From NCBI GenBank assembly GCA_052327205.1, contig JBMRGM010000043.1, forward strand, positions 31,310,001-31,374,000: a stretch of 64,000 bases of DNA, written 5' to 3'. Shown here one piece after another: positions 25,504 to 38,028 of the stretch. The stretch's first letter is position 1, and the number at the start of each line of letters is the position of its first letter. Below the pieces are notes generated by a model. That model saw nothing but the letters and a program-made list of their open reading frames with translations, was not told the origin of the DNA and searched no databases. A program made the position numbers and the translations under genes. This DNA comes from Somniosus microcephalus (taxonomy: Eukaryota).

Positions 25504-25804
25504 TTATCATCCCTTGTTTAAATTTAGTCATTGGTTTATTCATTGCTCGTTTCATTCCAACCATTTTCTTTAATTTTTTTGCTATAAAATAAATTCAGAG
25601 AGGAATCATAAGTGTATTTTTGTGTGACCTCAGCCAGTTAATTGTCAGTAGTTTTGAACACACTGAAAATCGGGCGAAATTGAATTGGCCATCCATTATC
25701 CATCTCTCCCGACTTCCCTTCCACTGAAATAACCACTGATTCTACCTCGCCAGCTGTGCACCACCGCCTGAGACCAATTTCAGCTTCCTGTTCATTAATT
25801 CCAG

Positions 25805-25933
25805 GCTAACAAGAATGGTCCCAACGACTATTGTGTCACATACGCCATAGTTAACCGTGCAAACACTGAAGCTAGTTTGGAAGGAGGCCCAATGGAAGAA
25901 GGCTGTGTCTACGAAAACTTTCCACGGAAATAA
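25805..25933 (+). CDS. Gene A last coding exon (ANKNGPNDYCVTYAIVNRANTEASLEGGPMEEGCVYENFPRK*)
   Basis: tccag acceptor, phase 0, ITIM VTYAIV, terminal YENF, TAA at 25931-25933; frame and stop conserved in gene B. Confidence 0.88.
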   Translation, partial: ANKNGPNDYCVTYAIVNRANTEASLEGGPMEEGCVYENFPRK

Positions 25934-26909
25934 GAGCAAAGCAGGATTAACAAGCATAGAAACAACAAAGAAAACAGAATGGAGGCAACGGCAATCAACT
26001 TGTGCTCTGCGCAAATTACCTGCCCTCAGGGACTTTAGTCTGAAGGCAGGTTAGGCCATTGTTCCTTGTGCAAGGCCTTCTAGGCACAGAGTTCGTGCCC
26101 GCCAGCCATTCAATTTATACGTATGTTTTACTCTGACAGGACTTTATATCTCTGCAGCTTATATTTTGCAGAGGGCTCCTACCTCTGGCTTTGGTGGTGC
26201 TACCTGCAAGACTATACTGTTTGTAAGACCATTACATCAGAATGTATACCCATTTTATCCATGTTAAAATGCAATTAACTAATGGGCGTGTTGGGGCTCT
26301 TGCTCTAATATTCTGCCAGTGTTCTTGAATGCTTCCGTAACTGCAGAGGGAGATCAGTAGATCTTCTGGAGAAATTATGCAAATGGCCGAAGGTGGGAGA
26401 AAACCTGTAGCAATTTCCAGGGTCAATTTTTTCTTTAATAATGTTGTAAAATGAATGCTATCAAATTGACCGCTTGTATAACCCCACGGCCTATTTACTT
26501 TTCCATTATTTTCAATAAAGGAAAAGCGGGCATGATGTACAATGGGAGCCTTGATTGATATCATACATTTCCCATCCTCACCCAAATTCCAATCTATCTG
26601 ACTGCCACAAATAAACTGTGTATAGAGTAACTGGTTACTGCTTAATCTTCATCACCTTGGGGTTTAGCATTCGAGGGGCAGAGCGCAGGATAATACATCT
26701 GGCGGGGAGGATGGCTTGTTACTTGCAAAACCCATCGAATTTTGCTTTCTTTCAGCCTTTAAACATCAGGCCATTCCATTACCGGTATCCCTCTTGCCAA
26801 ATCTTCCATCCACATTCTGGCGGTAAAGTCTGAACTCTACCTCACCATATATTAGTGCCAAATGCATAAGACATAGCGTTTTGTATTGCTACATGATATG
26901 ATGGGATTT

Positions 26910-28160
26910 TAAAAATTACACAGAATTTAAAGCACAGTAACCGGCCATTCTGACCAACTGGTCTGTGCTTGTGTTTATGATGCACACGAGACTCTTCTCA
27001 CCTTCTTTCGTCTAATCCTATCAATATCTCCTTTAATTCCTTTCTCTCATATGTACTTATCTAGATTACCCTTTAAGATATCTGTGTTGTTCGCCTCCAC
27101 CACCTAAACTTCTGGAATTTCTATAAGTGGACTCCTCTTCTCTATGCCTACCCTATCAAACCCCTTCATAATTTAAAATAACTCTACTCGTTCTCCCCTC
27201 AGACTTCTGTTTTCTACAGAAAAGAATCCCGATCTATTAGTTATATCTTGAGAGTTAAGACGTTTCATTTCTGGTATAATGCTCCTCAATACGTTTTACC
27301 TTCTCTTTTTCCTCTATGCATTTTGTAATATATAACAATAAAGAACATAAGAAGTAGGAGCAGGAGTAGACCATATGGAGCCTCGAGGCTGCTCTTGCAT
27401 TCAATAAGATCATGGCTGATCTTCAAACTTAACTGCACTTGTTTGCCATGTCCCATGTATCCACTAGAATCCAAAAATCGATCTTATCTCAGCCTTGAAT
27501 GTACTGAACGATTCTGCATGCACAGCTAATTGGGAAAGAGAATTCCAAAGAGTAACTAACCTCTGAGTGAAGACATTTCTCCTCATCGCTGACCCATATC
27601 TTGAGACTATGCCCCCTAGTTATAGACTCTCCAGCCAGGGGATACAGCCTGTCAGCATATAACCTGCAAATCCCCCTCTGAATCTTATGTTTCAATGAGC
27701 TCACCCCTCATTCTTCTAAAATCCAGTGCTTATGGTCTCAATCTACTCAATCTCTCCTCATCGGACAACCCTCTCATCCCGGGAATCAATCTAGTGGAGC
27801 TGCATTGAACCGCCTCTAAAATGGAGACCACAAGTGTACACAATACTTTAATGTGGCCCAACTACGTTTCTATACAAATTTAACATGGCTTCTCTGCCTT
27901 TCAATGCATTTCCTCTAGAAATGCACTCCAATACTTTGGTAGCATTTTTAGGGCCTTGTCAAATTGCGTTACTAATTTTAATGATTTGTGAATGTGTACC
28001 CCTGGATACCTTTGCTCCTCTGCCACATTTAGATTCTTATTTTGCGAGGATAAAGTGCTTCCTCATTCCTTCGACCAAAATTCACAAACTAACTATGTTA
28101 AAATTCGCTTGCCATGTAGATGCCCATTCATCATGATTATTACCGTCTTTTTATATTTTA
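26910..28160 (-). mobile_element. Old CR1 fragment with a nested younger CR1 3' end (about 27330-27822); paralog about 56345-57310
   Basis: aacataagaagtaggagcaggagtag reverse tail; RGHSLKI motif on the minus strand. Confidence 0.75.
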
Positions 28161-28729
28161 TCGTGCTTCGACAATAACTTTTTATCGCTGAATAATAAAT
28201 ATAATGTTAAGAAATATTCCCTGTTGTTCACAGATTGAGACATAAGTGTAAGTCTATTCACTAGGATTTCAACCAAACCTTCTGCTAATTCAATGCACAA
28301 ATAAAGTGGCTTTAGTTTGAAACTGGGCAATGACCATGCCTTTCTGCCGGTGTTTCACTGGAGACTCTCTCCCAATGATTGGGTAGGACAGGGGAGGAAA
28401 AATGTATTTCTGGTGTCTTTCACTCATATTCCGGTGCATATTTAAAATATATATATTTATTTTAATCAATAAGTATTCTTGGATGCAGCACAATATGAAT
28501 ATGGTAACAATTAATTCTGAAGATGGCTCCAAAATGATTAATTACTTTTTCGGAAAATTAGAGAATGTAATAACAAAAAATTTGTTAGTTTCTTATGGGC
28601 ATTCCATATATTTATATAGCGCATTCTCAGTCTGTTTTAATCTACCTATCGAACTAACTCTCTGTGTTTGACTTACGACCTATCTAAATATCTGTCTGTT
28701 TCTTCATCCTCAGTCTAACAAATAATCAA

Positions 28730-30110
28730 AGGCATGCATCAATAGGACAGTTTTAGTTCCAATGATAGATTTTATCAGTAGAATCGTACAGGTACCAACC
28801 ATAGAACTCTTTCAGTCGGCAAGTATATGTAATCAACATAGGCCTGTACGAGTAGGAGTATAAAGTTTGAAAAATGTTCCTGTAACAAAAGGACAGTATA
28901 CTCACTAATCAAAGATCCGCAGCACTAGGACAATGTAAACAGTCATTAAAATATCTGAGCCAGTATGACAGTTAAGTTATTAATCAAAGGCCTGTACCAA
29001 TAGGACAGTATAGATAATGATTAGAGACCTGCAGCAGTCGGACATTATAGGCACTAGTCATAGACCTGTAGCAAAAGGACAGATATTGGCCCAGAAATTT
29101 GGGTCTCCATGGGTGAGTACGCACGGGGTACTCACCAGTAAGGCCGATGGAAGTGCCGGTTTCCTGCATGCACTGCGCATTCGCGCGAAACCGGCACTTT
29201 CTTTCCACTGAAAGCAGGGGTTCAGAGGTCACGTGCGCGGGGGAGGCTGCGTGTGCGCATCTAACTTACGTTTTTCTTACAGGTTTTTCCGTGAGGGTAA
29301 GTCTGCAGAATTTAGAAATACAAAAAGCAGGCGTAAGGTCTGCTTCTTACAAGGTAAATGGTGAATTAATTAAATTAAAACATTTTTTTCCACAGGTTTA
29401 TTATTTTTAAATACTTTACAGCTAGGTAAGTTGATTATTAGTCCCGTTAGAATAAAAAAATATTTTTTTCAAAAATTTCTATTATTGTTTATAAATAGTT
29501 ATTCCTTGTCATTTATAGTTTGTTTAGTGCTATTTTGGGGCCGTAGCACTTCCTGTCAAGACTTATGAATGGAGCATTCCCTGCTCCGATTGGCTGCTCA
29601 TGGCCCACGTAATCCCAGGGGACGCTTCAAATTAACTCTGCCCCTGGGATACGCAAGCACTGTGCGCCGGCAGTTTGACCAGGACCCGGATCGGAATCCC
29701 ACGACTCAACCGCTGGCGCGCTAGGTTAGTGCAGATCAGGGGCTTACACCCGCAGGAAGCAACCGACCTACAATTCTGGGCCAATGTAATGAGCAATGAC
29801 CGGCACCTCTAGGGCTATATATGTGCTAATAACGAACGGCACGGTTAGTAAATTACAGGTTGCTTATCCAGTAGCTCTGTATCGGTCCCAGTCATAGACC
29901 AACACCAATGGAACTGTGCAGATTCTAATTAGAGTTTGCCACAATATTATAGATTGGGTATTTATCGGAGATCTGTGCAAAGAGGACAGTATAGCTACTA
30001 ATAGCTGGCCTGTACTAGAAGTCGTGTCTAAGTACTGATCATATACATTCTGCAGTAGGACAGTCGAGGCAGCAATCATAGACCTGCACCAGTAGGTGAT
30101 ACCTACAGTG
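28730..30110. repeat. Degenerate 37-38 bp minisatellite (core cctgtaccagtaggacagtata) split by a MITE; paralog about 57855-58500
   Basis: ggaca-like cores recur near 28890, 28928, 28966, 29003, 29040, 29076. Confidence 0.7.
29086..29784. mobile_element. About 700 bp MITE with TIRs ttggcccagaa..ttctgggccaa
   Basis: Perfect 11 bp TIR (about 20 bp imperfect); absent at the homologous site near 58160. Confidence 0.82.
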
Positions 30111-30575
30111 AGCCCGAGAGAGGAACAATATTGTGTGGCTCAAGGAGATGCCCCATTTAAGCCTCGTTTTGGGCTTCAGTTATTTGAGAGTCGAATCACC
30201 TATTTGCTAAACATTATTGACGGAATTAAGCTCTCGGGACTTAAATGGTTAATCGTGCCAGGGTGTACCACCTCCCTTACCCCTCTACCGTTGTACCAGG
30301 CCACATACACAGAGCGGGAGTTGACCACTTCCCTAAGCCCGTGAAAAAAACAAGCCTTCACCCTGGGGCCACAGACCAGGCCAGTCTCTCTGTTAACGTT
30401 ATAAACTGCGGTTAGAATAAATCATATTTGAAACAGTTTGAACAGATTACTACGGCCTGGATTCCAACTGTTCGCTTCTGATAAGAATTCAGTTTAAAAC
30501 TGACAGGGCTCAGGTAACTTTTCAGCGTTAGGGTGGATTCGTCATCGTGTCCGGTTTAATTTCCTCTTGGCTCCA

Positions 30576-30692
30576 ATGTGGTCAGAAGTCACAGTGATCA
30601 CAGTGTGCAGTCGGCTGGTGCATGGGCAGCGAGCAATACAGCTGCAGACTGCTCTCGGGGAACTCGCTCCAGCCGCTGTCTCCTCATTCCCC
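30576..30692 (+). other. Putative non-coding first exon of gene B (5' end unknown)
   Basis: cc/gtaagt donor conserved at 59110; possible acceptor ttttcag at 30790 gives a 98 nt intron. Confidence 0.4.
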
Positions 30693-30874
30693 GTAAGTAC
30701 CGACTCGGGATCTGCGCGTGCGGGCATTTGGTAATGAAGAAGTCGAACAGTGTCAGCGGCTGAATGTGATTCTATGATATCAGTTTTCAGGTGAACAGAA
30801 CTGAAAACAGCTGATCCGAAGCGCGGGTCTTCACAGAGGGAGGTGGACTGCTTCTCGGATCCCCCGCATTCGAA

Positions 30875-30905
30875 ATGATTCACATCTGTCGCCTTCTGAC
30901 CTTGT
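30875..30905 (+). CDS. Gene B leader exon S1 (MIHICRLLTL)
   Basis: ATG + 31 nt then t/gtaagt; length, ATG and donor conserved at 59293. Confidence 0.75.
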
Positions 30906-31475
30906 GTAAGTAAATCTCAAATATTTCCAGTGCCTTTGAAAATCAACGTCACTCACCCCTGACCGTTAACCAGATTAATAAGACTCATTCAGTGAGAGGG
31001 TGCTTCACAGTAAATTAATATTCAGACTTTATTAAGGTCAAACATTCAATTATACTGCATTGAAATGTCATTTCCATGCTTCAGTTTTAATCAGAATTTA
31101 GTGGAACAACAGAAATAAGTTTGATTAGTCAGGCAAACAGGATCTTTCTGCTCATCTAAGGTTGCAGCCGACCTTAGTCACATCTAAACGGTCCAATATT
31201 TATTATTTCACCAATTATTTAGCCTCACCTGCAGAAATTGCTTGCACGTTTCTTATTGTTGTCGTTTTGTTTATTAGAAAAAAATAAAGTTTTTATGCGC
31301 TTCATCTCAAGTATCAGCGTTGGCTCAGTTGACTCACTCTTACAAATTGCTCTTAATACATGCGGTGAGATTTACAGTGCGTGGGTTCTGTGGCTAGATG
31401 TTAAACTTGGTCCATGTCATTGCTTGATGATTTCGTGTGCGGCAGGCACGCTTCTTGTTAACAACTGCCACAGTG

Positions 31476-31640
31476 CGAGAGAGAGAGAGAGAGGGAGAGA
31501 GAGAGGCGGAGCGGGAGAGGGAGTCAGTGCGAAAGACAATCAGATAGGGACAGAGAGAGACAGATAGACAGAGATTGTAAGAAAGTAACAATTAAGCTGT
31601 CCACGAAGGAGAGTGACAGAGAGAGAGAGAGAGAGGGCAG
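31476..31640. repeat. GA-rich microsatellite in the leader intron; paralog about 59910-60066
   Basis: (GA)n and (GACA)n runs. Confidence 0.85.
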
Positions 31641-32668
31641 GAGTTTTTTTTTCAACTCAGTTTTGCAGATTCACGATGAAGGGCTTCTTTTATTTTCTGT
31701 TGTGAGGGAGAAAATAGACATTAACGGGATGACAACACTTGAGCTAACAAAGCTGAGGAGAACATATTTACTATGATTATACTTGACCTAAACTGACGGA
31801 TTAAGGGTGTTTGGCAAGGAAATTTAAAATGCTGCATCTTTAAAATTAATTTCTGATGCTGTTTATTGGAATTTAGACAGAAATGACTCTTTATGGCCAC
31901 AGGACATTGAGGCTGCCTTCCTGTGAGATGCTGACGTCAGCGCTCTATTGGCTTGTTAACCACTGGATCACAAGCCCAGCAAACAGGAACAAACAACAGG
32001 GTTTGCATCTTTAATGTACCACCGACTCTTTCACCAGAATCTCATCTATTTTAGTAACTTGACATTAGTTGTGGGACCATGTTGGTCACAGCTACTTCCA
32101 CAGATTAATGAGGTAGAGCTTAAAATATGTGAAGTTAACCTCAAGTTGTTCATTCTTGAGCATATAATAGGCCCCATGATTTATTTGTTGCACAGCACAT
32201 GAAACCCACTTTTTGGAAATATTGGCCTAACTGAATGCTTGAAACATTCACCCTATTGAATCCTAGCTGGACAAAAGTCCCAGGTTCTACATGTTGAACA
32301 ATGAAATACAGACACATCTGCATTGACCATTGACCCTTTTGCAATTATATTTGCAAGGTTTGCAGCAGCAGGCATTGCCTTAGTAGTCTGATTCCTGTGG
32401 CCTGAGGCGCGACAAAAGCTTCCTGCTGCTTTCTGCTGCTAGCGGCTGGGTCATGTATTGTCTTCACGAGTATCAGTTGCAACCCAGGTAATACTTGTGA
32501 TTCTGAATCGATTAAAGATGAGTTAACTGATGATAGGAACATACCAACAGGAGTAGGCCATTCAGCCCTTCGACGCTGCTCTGTCATTCAATTATATGAT
32601 GGTTAATCTGTACCTCCACTCCAATTACCCCACTTTGCTCAACATCCATTGTTACGCTTACTCAACTC

Positions 32669-33065
32669 GTGTCAGCCGTGGCTCAGTGTATAGCATTCTC
32701 GCCTCTGAGTCAGAAGGTTCGTGTGATTCCGGTCCCACTACAGGGACTTGAGCACAATCAACTAAGCTGATACTCCAGTGCAGTGCTGAGGGAGTGCCGC
32801 ACTGTCGGATTGGCCGTTTTTTATAATAGACGTTAAAGTGAGGCCCCTTCCAGGGTGTTTATCCCTGGTGCCCTGGGCAATATTTGTCCCTCAATCAACA
32901 TGACAAAAACAGATAATCTGGTCATTATCAACATCATTGTGTGAACATTGGCTGCCACATTTCCTACACTGACTAAACTTTAAAAGTCCTTCATTGGTTT
33001 TAAAACGCTTTGGGAAGTTCGGAGGTCTTGAAAGGCGCTATAGGAATGCAACTATTTCTTTCATT
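32669..33065 (+). mobile_element. DeuSINE-like (SacSINE1-type) tRNA SINE inserted in a minus-strand CR1 3' end; paralog about 61098-61490
   Basis: tggctcagtg A-box, gcctctgagtcagaaggtt head, aatctggtcattatca core, gaaaggcgctata tail. Confidence 0.7.
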
Positions 33066-33628
33066 TTTTAACGAAGATCTATCGATCTCCGTCTTGGAAG
33101 TACCAATTTACCCGCAAAATCCACAGCGGTTTTTGTAAAGAGCGTTGAAATTTCTCACTACACATTGTGTGAAAAAGTGCTTCCTGATTTCCATCCTAAA
33201 TGGCCTATAAACAATTTTAATGAAATATTCCCTTCTCCTTGACAGAACAATCACACTCATTGGCTCTCAGAACAATGATACATTTCAATATTTGTCAGTT
33301 TCCTTTCATCCGGCAGCAACTTTTCCATATAGTCCTCAGACCATGGGGAACTTCCACAAAATAACAATTTATCTTTGTCCGTGAGAGGGACAATTGGCAT
33401 CATTCGATATATTAATATTTTACATTTACTTCAACTGAACTGAATACCTCGTGGCATGTATGGACTGGCAGCAAATGTGTTTCCGCCTGTTTTGTGTCCC
33501 TGCCGAAGTCAAATTTCAACCCCTGGGTGTTTCCTCTATTCAGCTGCCTTACAGCTGAGCAGCTGAGGTCAAACTTGAAGATGGTCTCAGATAATGAAAC
33601 ATATTTTACATTGTCTTCTCTCTTGCAG

Positions 33629-33658
33629 TGCAAATTACTCATCAGGCGACCACACAAG
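33629..33658 (+). CDS. Gene B leader mini-exon S2, 30 nt (LQITHQATTQA)
   Basis: cttctctcttgcag acceptor, aag/gtatga donor, phase 1-1, identical to 62051-62080. Confidence 0.8.
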
Positions 33659-34039
33659 GTATGATGACAATAATGTCCTTTATTGATAATAATCCAGTTG
33701 TGGAATGAACGCTTCCAATTTATATCTATAGGACAACAACAATCCAGCAATGGAGTAATTATCAGCTGTTCGCCCGTGCGTAAAACTGTGGTTCTGGACT
33801 CGCCACCTATGAGAAACTTTCGGTCATCATTTTCATTGATTCGGTGGGAATGTAAAGTGGGCGGTTTCTCTCACGGTCGGCCAATCAGAACCCCAGTTTT
33901 AAGCCTCGGCGCCAAGTTTAATGTCTACCACAATATATTAAAGAAAAAGCGACCTAGAAATTTGTCTGTGTAACTGCTAGATCATTTAACTGTGGGTTGG
34001 CAGCGAGTAATCATAACTGAGTAAATAAATGGATGGATA

Positions 34040-35645
34040 GATAGACAGTTCTTTGTTGAAGTAACAGGGAATGCTAATCAAATTAGTGCAGTTCACTGTC
34101 GTGTATATAGACTTTCAAAAAATGCCTAATGAAGTACCACACAACTGACTTGTTCGCAAAAATCGTATTGTTATCATTGCGATTAAGGGGTACGGACAGC
34201 GTGGATAAGAAATTGTCTGAGACAAGGAAGCAGAGAATAGTTTTCAATTTTCGTTTTCTGTGATTGGAAGGGAATATTCAGTGTTATTCATAGTCATAGA
34301 GTTATACAGCACAGAAAGAGGCCCTTCGGCCCATCGTGTACACGCCAGCCATCAAGCCCTATCTATTCTAATCCCATTTTCGAGCTCTTGATCCGTAGCC
34401 TTGTATGCTGTTGCGTTTCAAGTGCTCATCTGAATGCTTCTTGAATGTTGTGAGGGTTCCTGCATCTACCATTTCATGATGATATGGAAATATATGGAAA
34501 GCGTACTTATTCTGTGTCGCTTTTATGCTTTCGCTAGTAAATCTGATGGGAGAGTGCATGGAGCACACTCCGACCATTCTGTTCTGCAATGACATACGGG
34601 GTGGGAGGCGGTGACTAGTGGTGTTTTGCAAGGATCAGTGCTTGGGCACCAGCTATTCACAATAAATATCAATGATTTGGATGAGGGAACCAAATATAAT
34701 ATTTCCAAGTTTGCTGATGAAATGACACGAGGTGGGATCGTGAGTTGTTATTAGGAGGCAAAGTGTCTTCAAGGAGATTTAGACAAGTTGAGTGAGTGGG
34801 CAAAACCATTGCAGATGCAGCATAACGTGGATAAATGTGAAGTTATCCACTTCGGTTGGAAAAACAGAAAGGCAGAGTACTAAATAAATGGTGATAGATT
34901 GGGAAATGTTCATGTATAAAGGGACCTGTGTGTCCTTGTACCCCAAACACTGAAAGCAAATATGCAGGTACAGCAAGCAGTTAGGAAGGCAAGTGGTATG
35001 TTGATATTCATTGCAAGAGGATTTGAGTACAGGAGCAAGGATGTCTTTCTACAGTTATAGAGGGCCTTGGTGAGACAACACCTGGAGTACTGTGTGCAGT
35101 TTTGGTCTCCTTACCTAAGAAAGGATGTACTTGACATAGAGGGAGTGCAGCGAAAGTTCACCAGACTGGTTGCCGGGATGGCAGGACTGTCGTATGAGGA
35201 CAGACTGGGTCGACTAGGCCTGTGTTCACTACAGTTTAGAAGAATGTGTGGATCTCATTGAAACGGTTAAAATTCTGGCAGGGCTACGCAGACTGGATGC
35301 AGGGAGGATGTTTCCCCTGGCTGGCGTGTCTAGAACGAGGGGTCACAGTCTCAGGATACGGGGTAGGAAGTTTAGGACTGAGACGAGGAGAAACGTCTTC
35401 ACTCATAGGGTGGTGAACCTGTGGAATTCTCTACCACAGAAGGCTGTGGAGGGCGAGTCACTGAATATATTTAAGAAGGGGATAGATAGATTTCTAGACA
35501 CAAAAGGCATCAAGGGGCATGGGGAGAGAGCTGGAATATGTTTGTGAGACGTAGGATCTGCCATGATCATATTGAATGGCAGAGCATGCTCGAAGGGCTG
35601 AATGGCCTACTCCTTCTCCTATTTTTCCATGTTTCTGTCTTTCTA
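34040..35645 (+). mobile_element. CR1 fragments (old RT piece, minus-strand 3' end at about 34270-34470, RT-3'UTR copy at about 34600-35645)
   Basis: SVLG, KFAD, HLEYCVQFWSPYLRKD, RVVNLWNSLP motifs. Confidence 0.85.
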
Positions 35646-35957
35646 AGCTGGGTCCGGTGTAAATCACAAAATCCTGATTTGCATGGTGACAGAGGAGTAC
35701 CGCCAGGAAAAGGCAGGTGCTTCTGCCGCCCAAAGGTCGGCCATTCTAAAAGTTTAAGCAGCCAGGGAGTTTCCGTTTACAACGTGCTGAGGTCGATATC
35801 AACGATGTAAAGTCATCACCAACTCAAAAGATCGATCCATGGGCACCCGATAGGTAGCGCCCATTTTGGACAGCGACTAGAAATTCTCTGTAGTGGATAT
35901 TGCACAGATTAGTTTCAACAATTCTAATCAGAACATTATTTTAATTTCATTCTACAG

Positions 35958-36212
35958 CCCATGTCCCAGAAGTAGTCCTTAGCAATCCGAGCGATGGAAT
36001 CGTGAAAGAAGGGGAGACATTTTACCTGCAGTGTCGATACAGAGGCATGGAAAAATTGGCTTATTGGTATAAAGATGAGACTTATATTCATTTTAAATAT
36101 ATGTTCTTTGAAAGATATGCAGATAGTCGCAGTGGAGCGTCTTACCAGTGTTCAGTGCCGCTGCCTTGGTCCTCCTCTGAGAAGAGTAAACCTCTGGATT
36201 TAGTCACCATTG
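35958..36212 (+). CDS. Gene B Ig exon 1 (AHVPEVVL..LQCRY..YWYK..SYQC..LDLVTI)
   Basis: ctacag acceptor, g/gtaggt donor, 255 nt. Confidence 0.9.
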
Positions 36213-38028
36213 GTAGGTAAACTTCGACACCAATGATCATAGCACAGTTTTAGTCGAGAAATGTGTCGCTTATAAAGGGGCCTCACAGTCAAATATAGTA
36301 CAGGATATCAAGCACATGCAATACTGGGATAAAATTGGACCACTGGGCAGAAGTGTATCTTCATCCCTCCTCCTAACAGGGGGACCTCTCGGTTTCCCCA
36401 GAGTTGAAATATATGCCGCTATTTTGTGCGGTAGTATCAGCCAGTTTCACCTCCCATTTATATCACATTAACTTCAATTGAAATATCGCACAGAGTCTAA
36501 ATCTACCCAAATTCTTACATGTTGTTAGGTCAATCAAATGTTATTTATTTCAAGAGAGACCTTAAACCGCTAATTGTGCATGGAACAGCGGCTCTCTAAA
36601 ACAGCAGATACGAGAAAGCCACCGTTAATATCTCCTAGAGTAATTTTAAGACTGTGTTGAAAGCTTAAATTCTATTTCCAAAGTTCAAACTACAAAATCT
36701 GTGATCTGCAAACTAGTTTATATTAATAATAATGACATCTGAGAATTGCTGTGTCGCCTTCTGGCTGCGTTGTGTCGCTGGTCTGATATGCAATGACTTC
36801 TCCATTTAAACATTACTTCATCCTCTGCGAAATAGGTTGTAGGGTGACCCATCACAGGTTTAAAATCCAACTTTGGTGGAAGCACGTAATGGGCTCTACT
36901 CTCTCCAACCCTGTTACAAATCAAATGTAAAAGTCATAAAACCGACTGCTGTTTCGTATTCGCTCATTTGCCGCCAATGTGTATTGCAAATTTATACCGG
37001 AGTGGGAATAACTTTACCTTTCATCGCAGGGTGAAATAAACAGGCGAGGTCCAATCAATCGCCATGTTTTAGATTCAGGTGGAGTCGCATTTCTATTTAC
37101 TTCAGTGTTAAATAAATCGAGAGTGGTTTGAAACTTATGGCTGCTCCATTACTGCCCTTTGGCCTCTTGGCGGTAAAAGTGAAAAGTAGCTCAAGTGTAT
37201 CCTCCCGGCGCTCCCCTGGGATCAGGATTGGTTGGAAGTGCATCTGCAGACCCGAGGCATGGTGAGAAGTGGAGTGTACATTTATCTTGTGTCTCTCAGA
37301 AAACAAATTATTATGAGGTGCAACGAATGCTTTTATCTAGGTAATAAGCAATGCTAGAAAAATTGTTGATAGGTGACTAACTAGGGGCGCTCCTTGAGCA
37401 CTGCCACAAGTTTATTGTATGTGCAGTGCAAAAACCCTTTACATACATAAATGGGGTTCCCTTCCGCACACCTGGCGAAGTTACAGCGGAGGAGCGAAGG
37501 CAGGAAATTGCCCTGTGTTTCCACAAAAGGTAATGGGACAATGAGCAGCTAATTTGTTTGGTCTTGCTGGACGAACGAGCAATACCCCAGGACACTGGAA
37601 CGACTTCTTCGTCTTGGCGTCGTTCAATGGGATTTTTAACTGATATCAGAAGCACCTGAACAGGTGAAAGCGGCCACGGTTTTAATATCTTGATTCCACA
37701 ACATTTACAAATACCAGACGTTTATTTAGAGAGGGCTGGGCATCTGCCTGGCTGTTGAATCGATCCTCGCCATTGAACTTAGTTGATGAAACCTTGAAGG
37801 GCAATATGAGCAGTGATAGCTCAGCATTAGAAAGGGAACGGTCACTCTCTGAACCAATAAACATTAGTTTGGCTTTTCAGGTCTTAAAATTACTTTTAGT
37901 TACTGAGGTGATACCGATTGCTCTGGATATTGAGCTGCACTTTCAAGCCAATGTTTTTTAACATTGAAGAATGGTGCTTTAACATATTTTAATTTGTATT
38001 TCGTTCATATGTTTCACTTTTTTTGCAG

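Larger units (their letters stand above)
245..25933 (+). other. Gene A: FCRL-like multi-Ig inhibitory receptor (5' leader outside window; 9 Ig + TM + 6 cytoplasmic exons)
   Basis: 16 exons with AG/GT boundaries and compatible phases total 2936 nt. Adding a 61 nt leader as in gene B gives an open 999-codon frame. FCRL-like domain starts (ELFSKP, PVSKPEL); ITIMs in the tail. Confidence 0.85.

Noticed and set aside
245-25933. Assigning a symbol such as FCRL5 or PECAM1
   Set aside because: The 9-domain count arises from a local duplication; orthology cannot be established without phylogeny
25857-26054. Track ORF QTLKLVWKEAQW as the last exon
   Set aside because: Wrong frame; the splice phase selects the ITIM/YEN frame with a conserved stop
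28234-28247. Micro-exon between cacag and gtaagt conserved in both units
   Set aside because: Length differs between copies (14 vs 13 nt) and it lies downstream of the stop; no support as coding
28730-30110. Repeat-and-spacer appearance suggesting a CRISPR array
   Set aside because: Vertebrate context, degenerate repeats, linkers similar to each other, no cas genes
30576-30763. Signal peptide ORF starting at 30576 or 30622
   Set aside because: Not hydrophobic and phase incompatible with S2; the 30576 frame is interrupted in the paralog; ATG 30875 fits better
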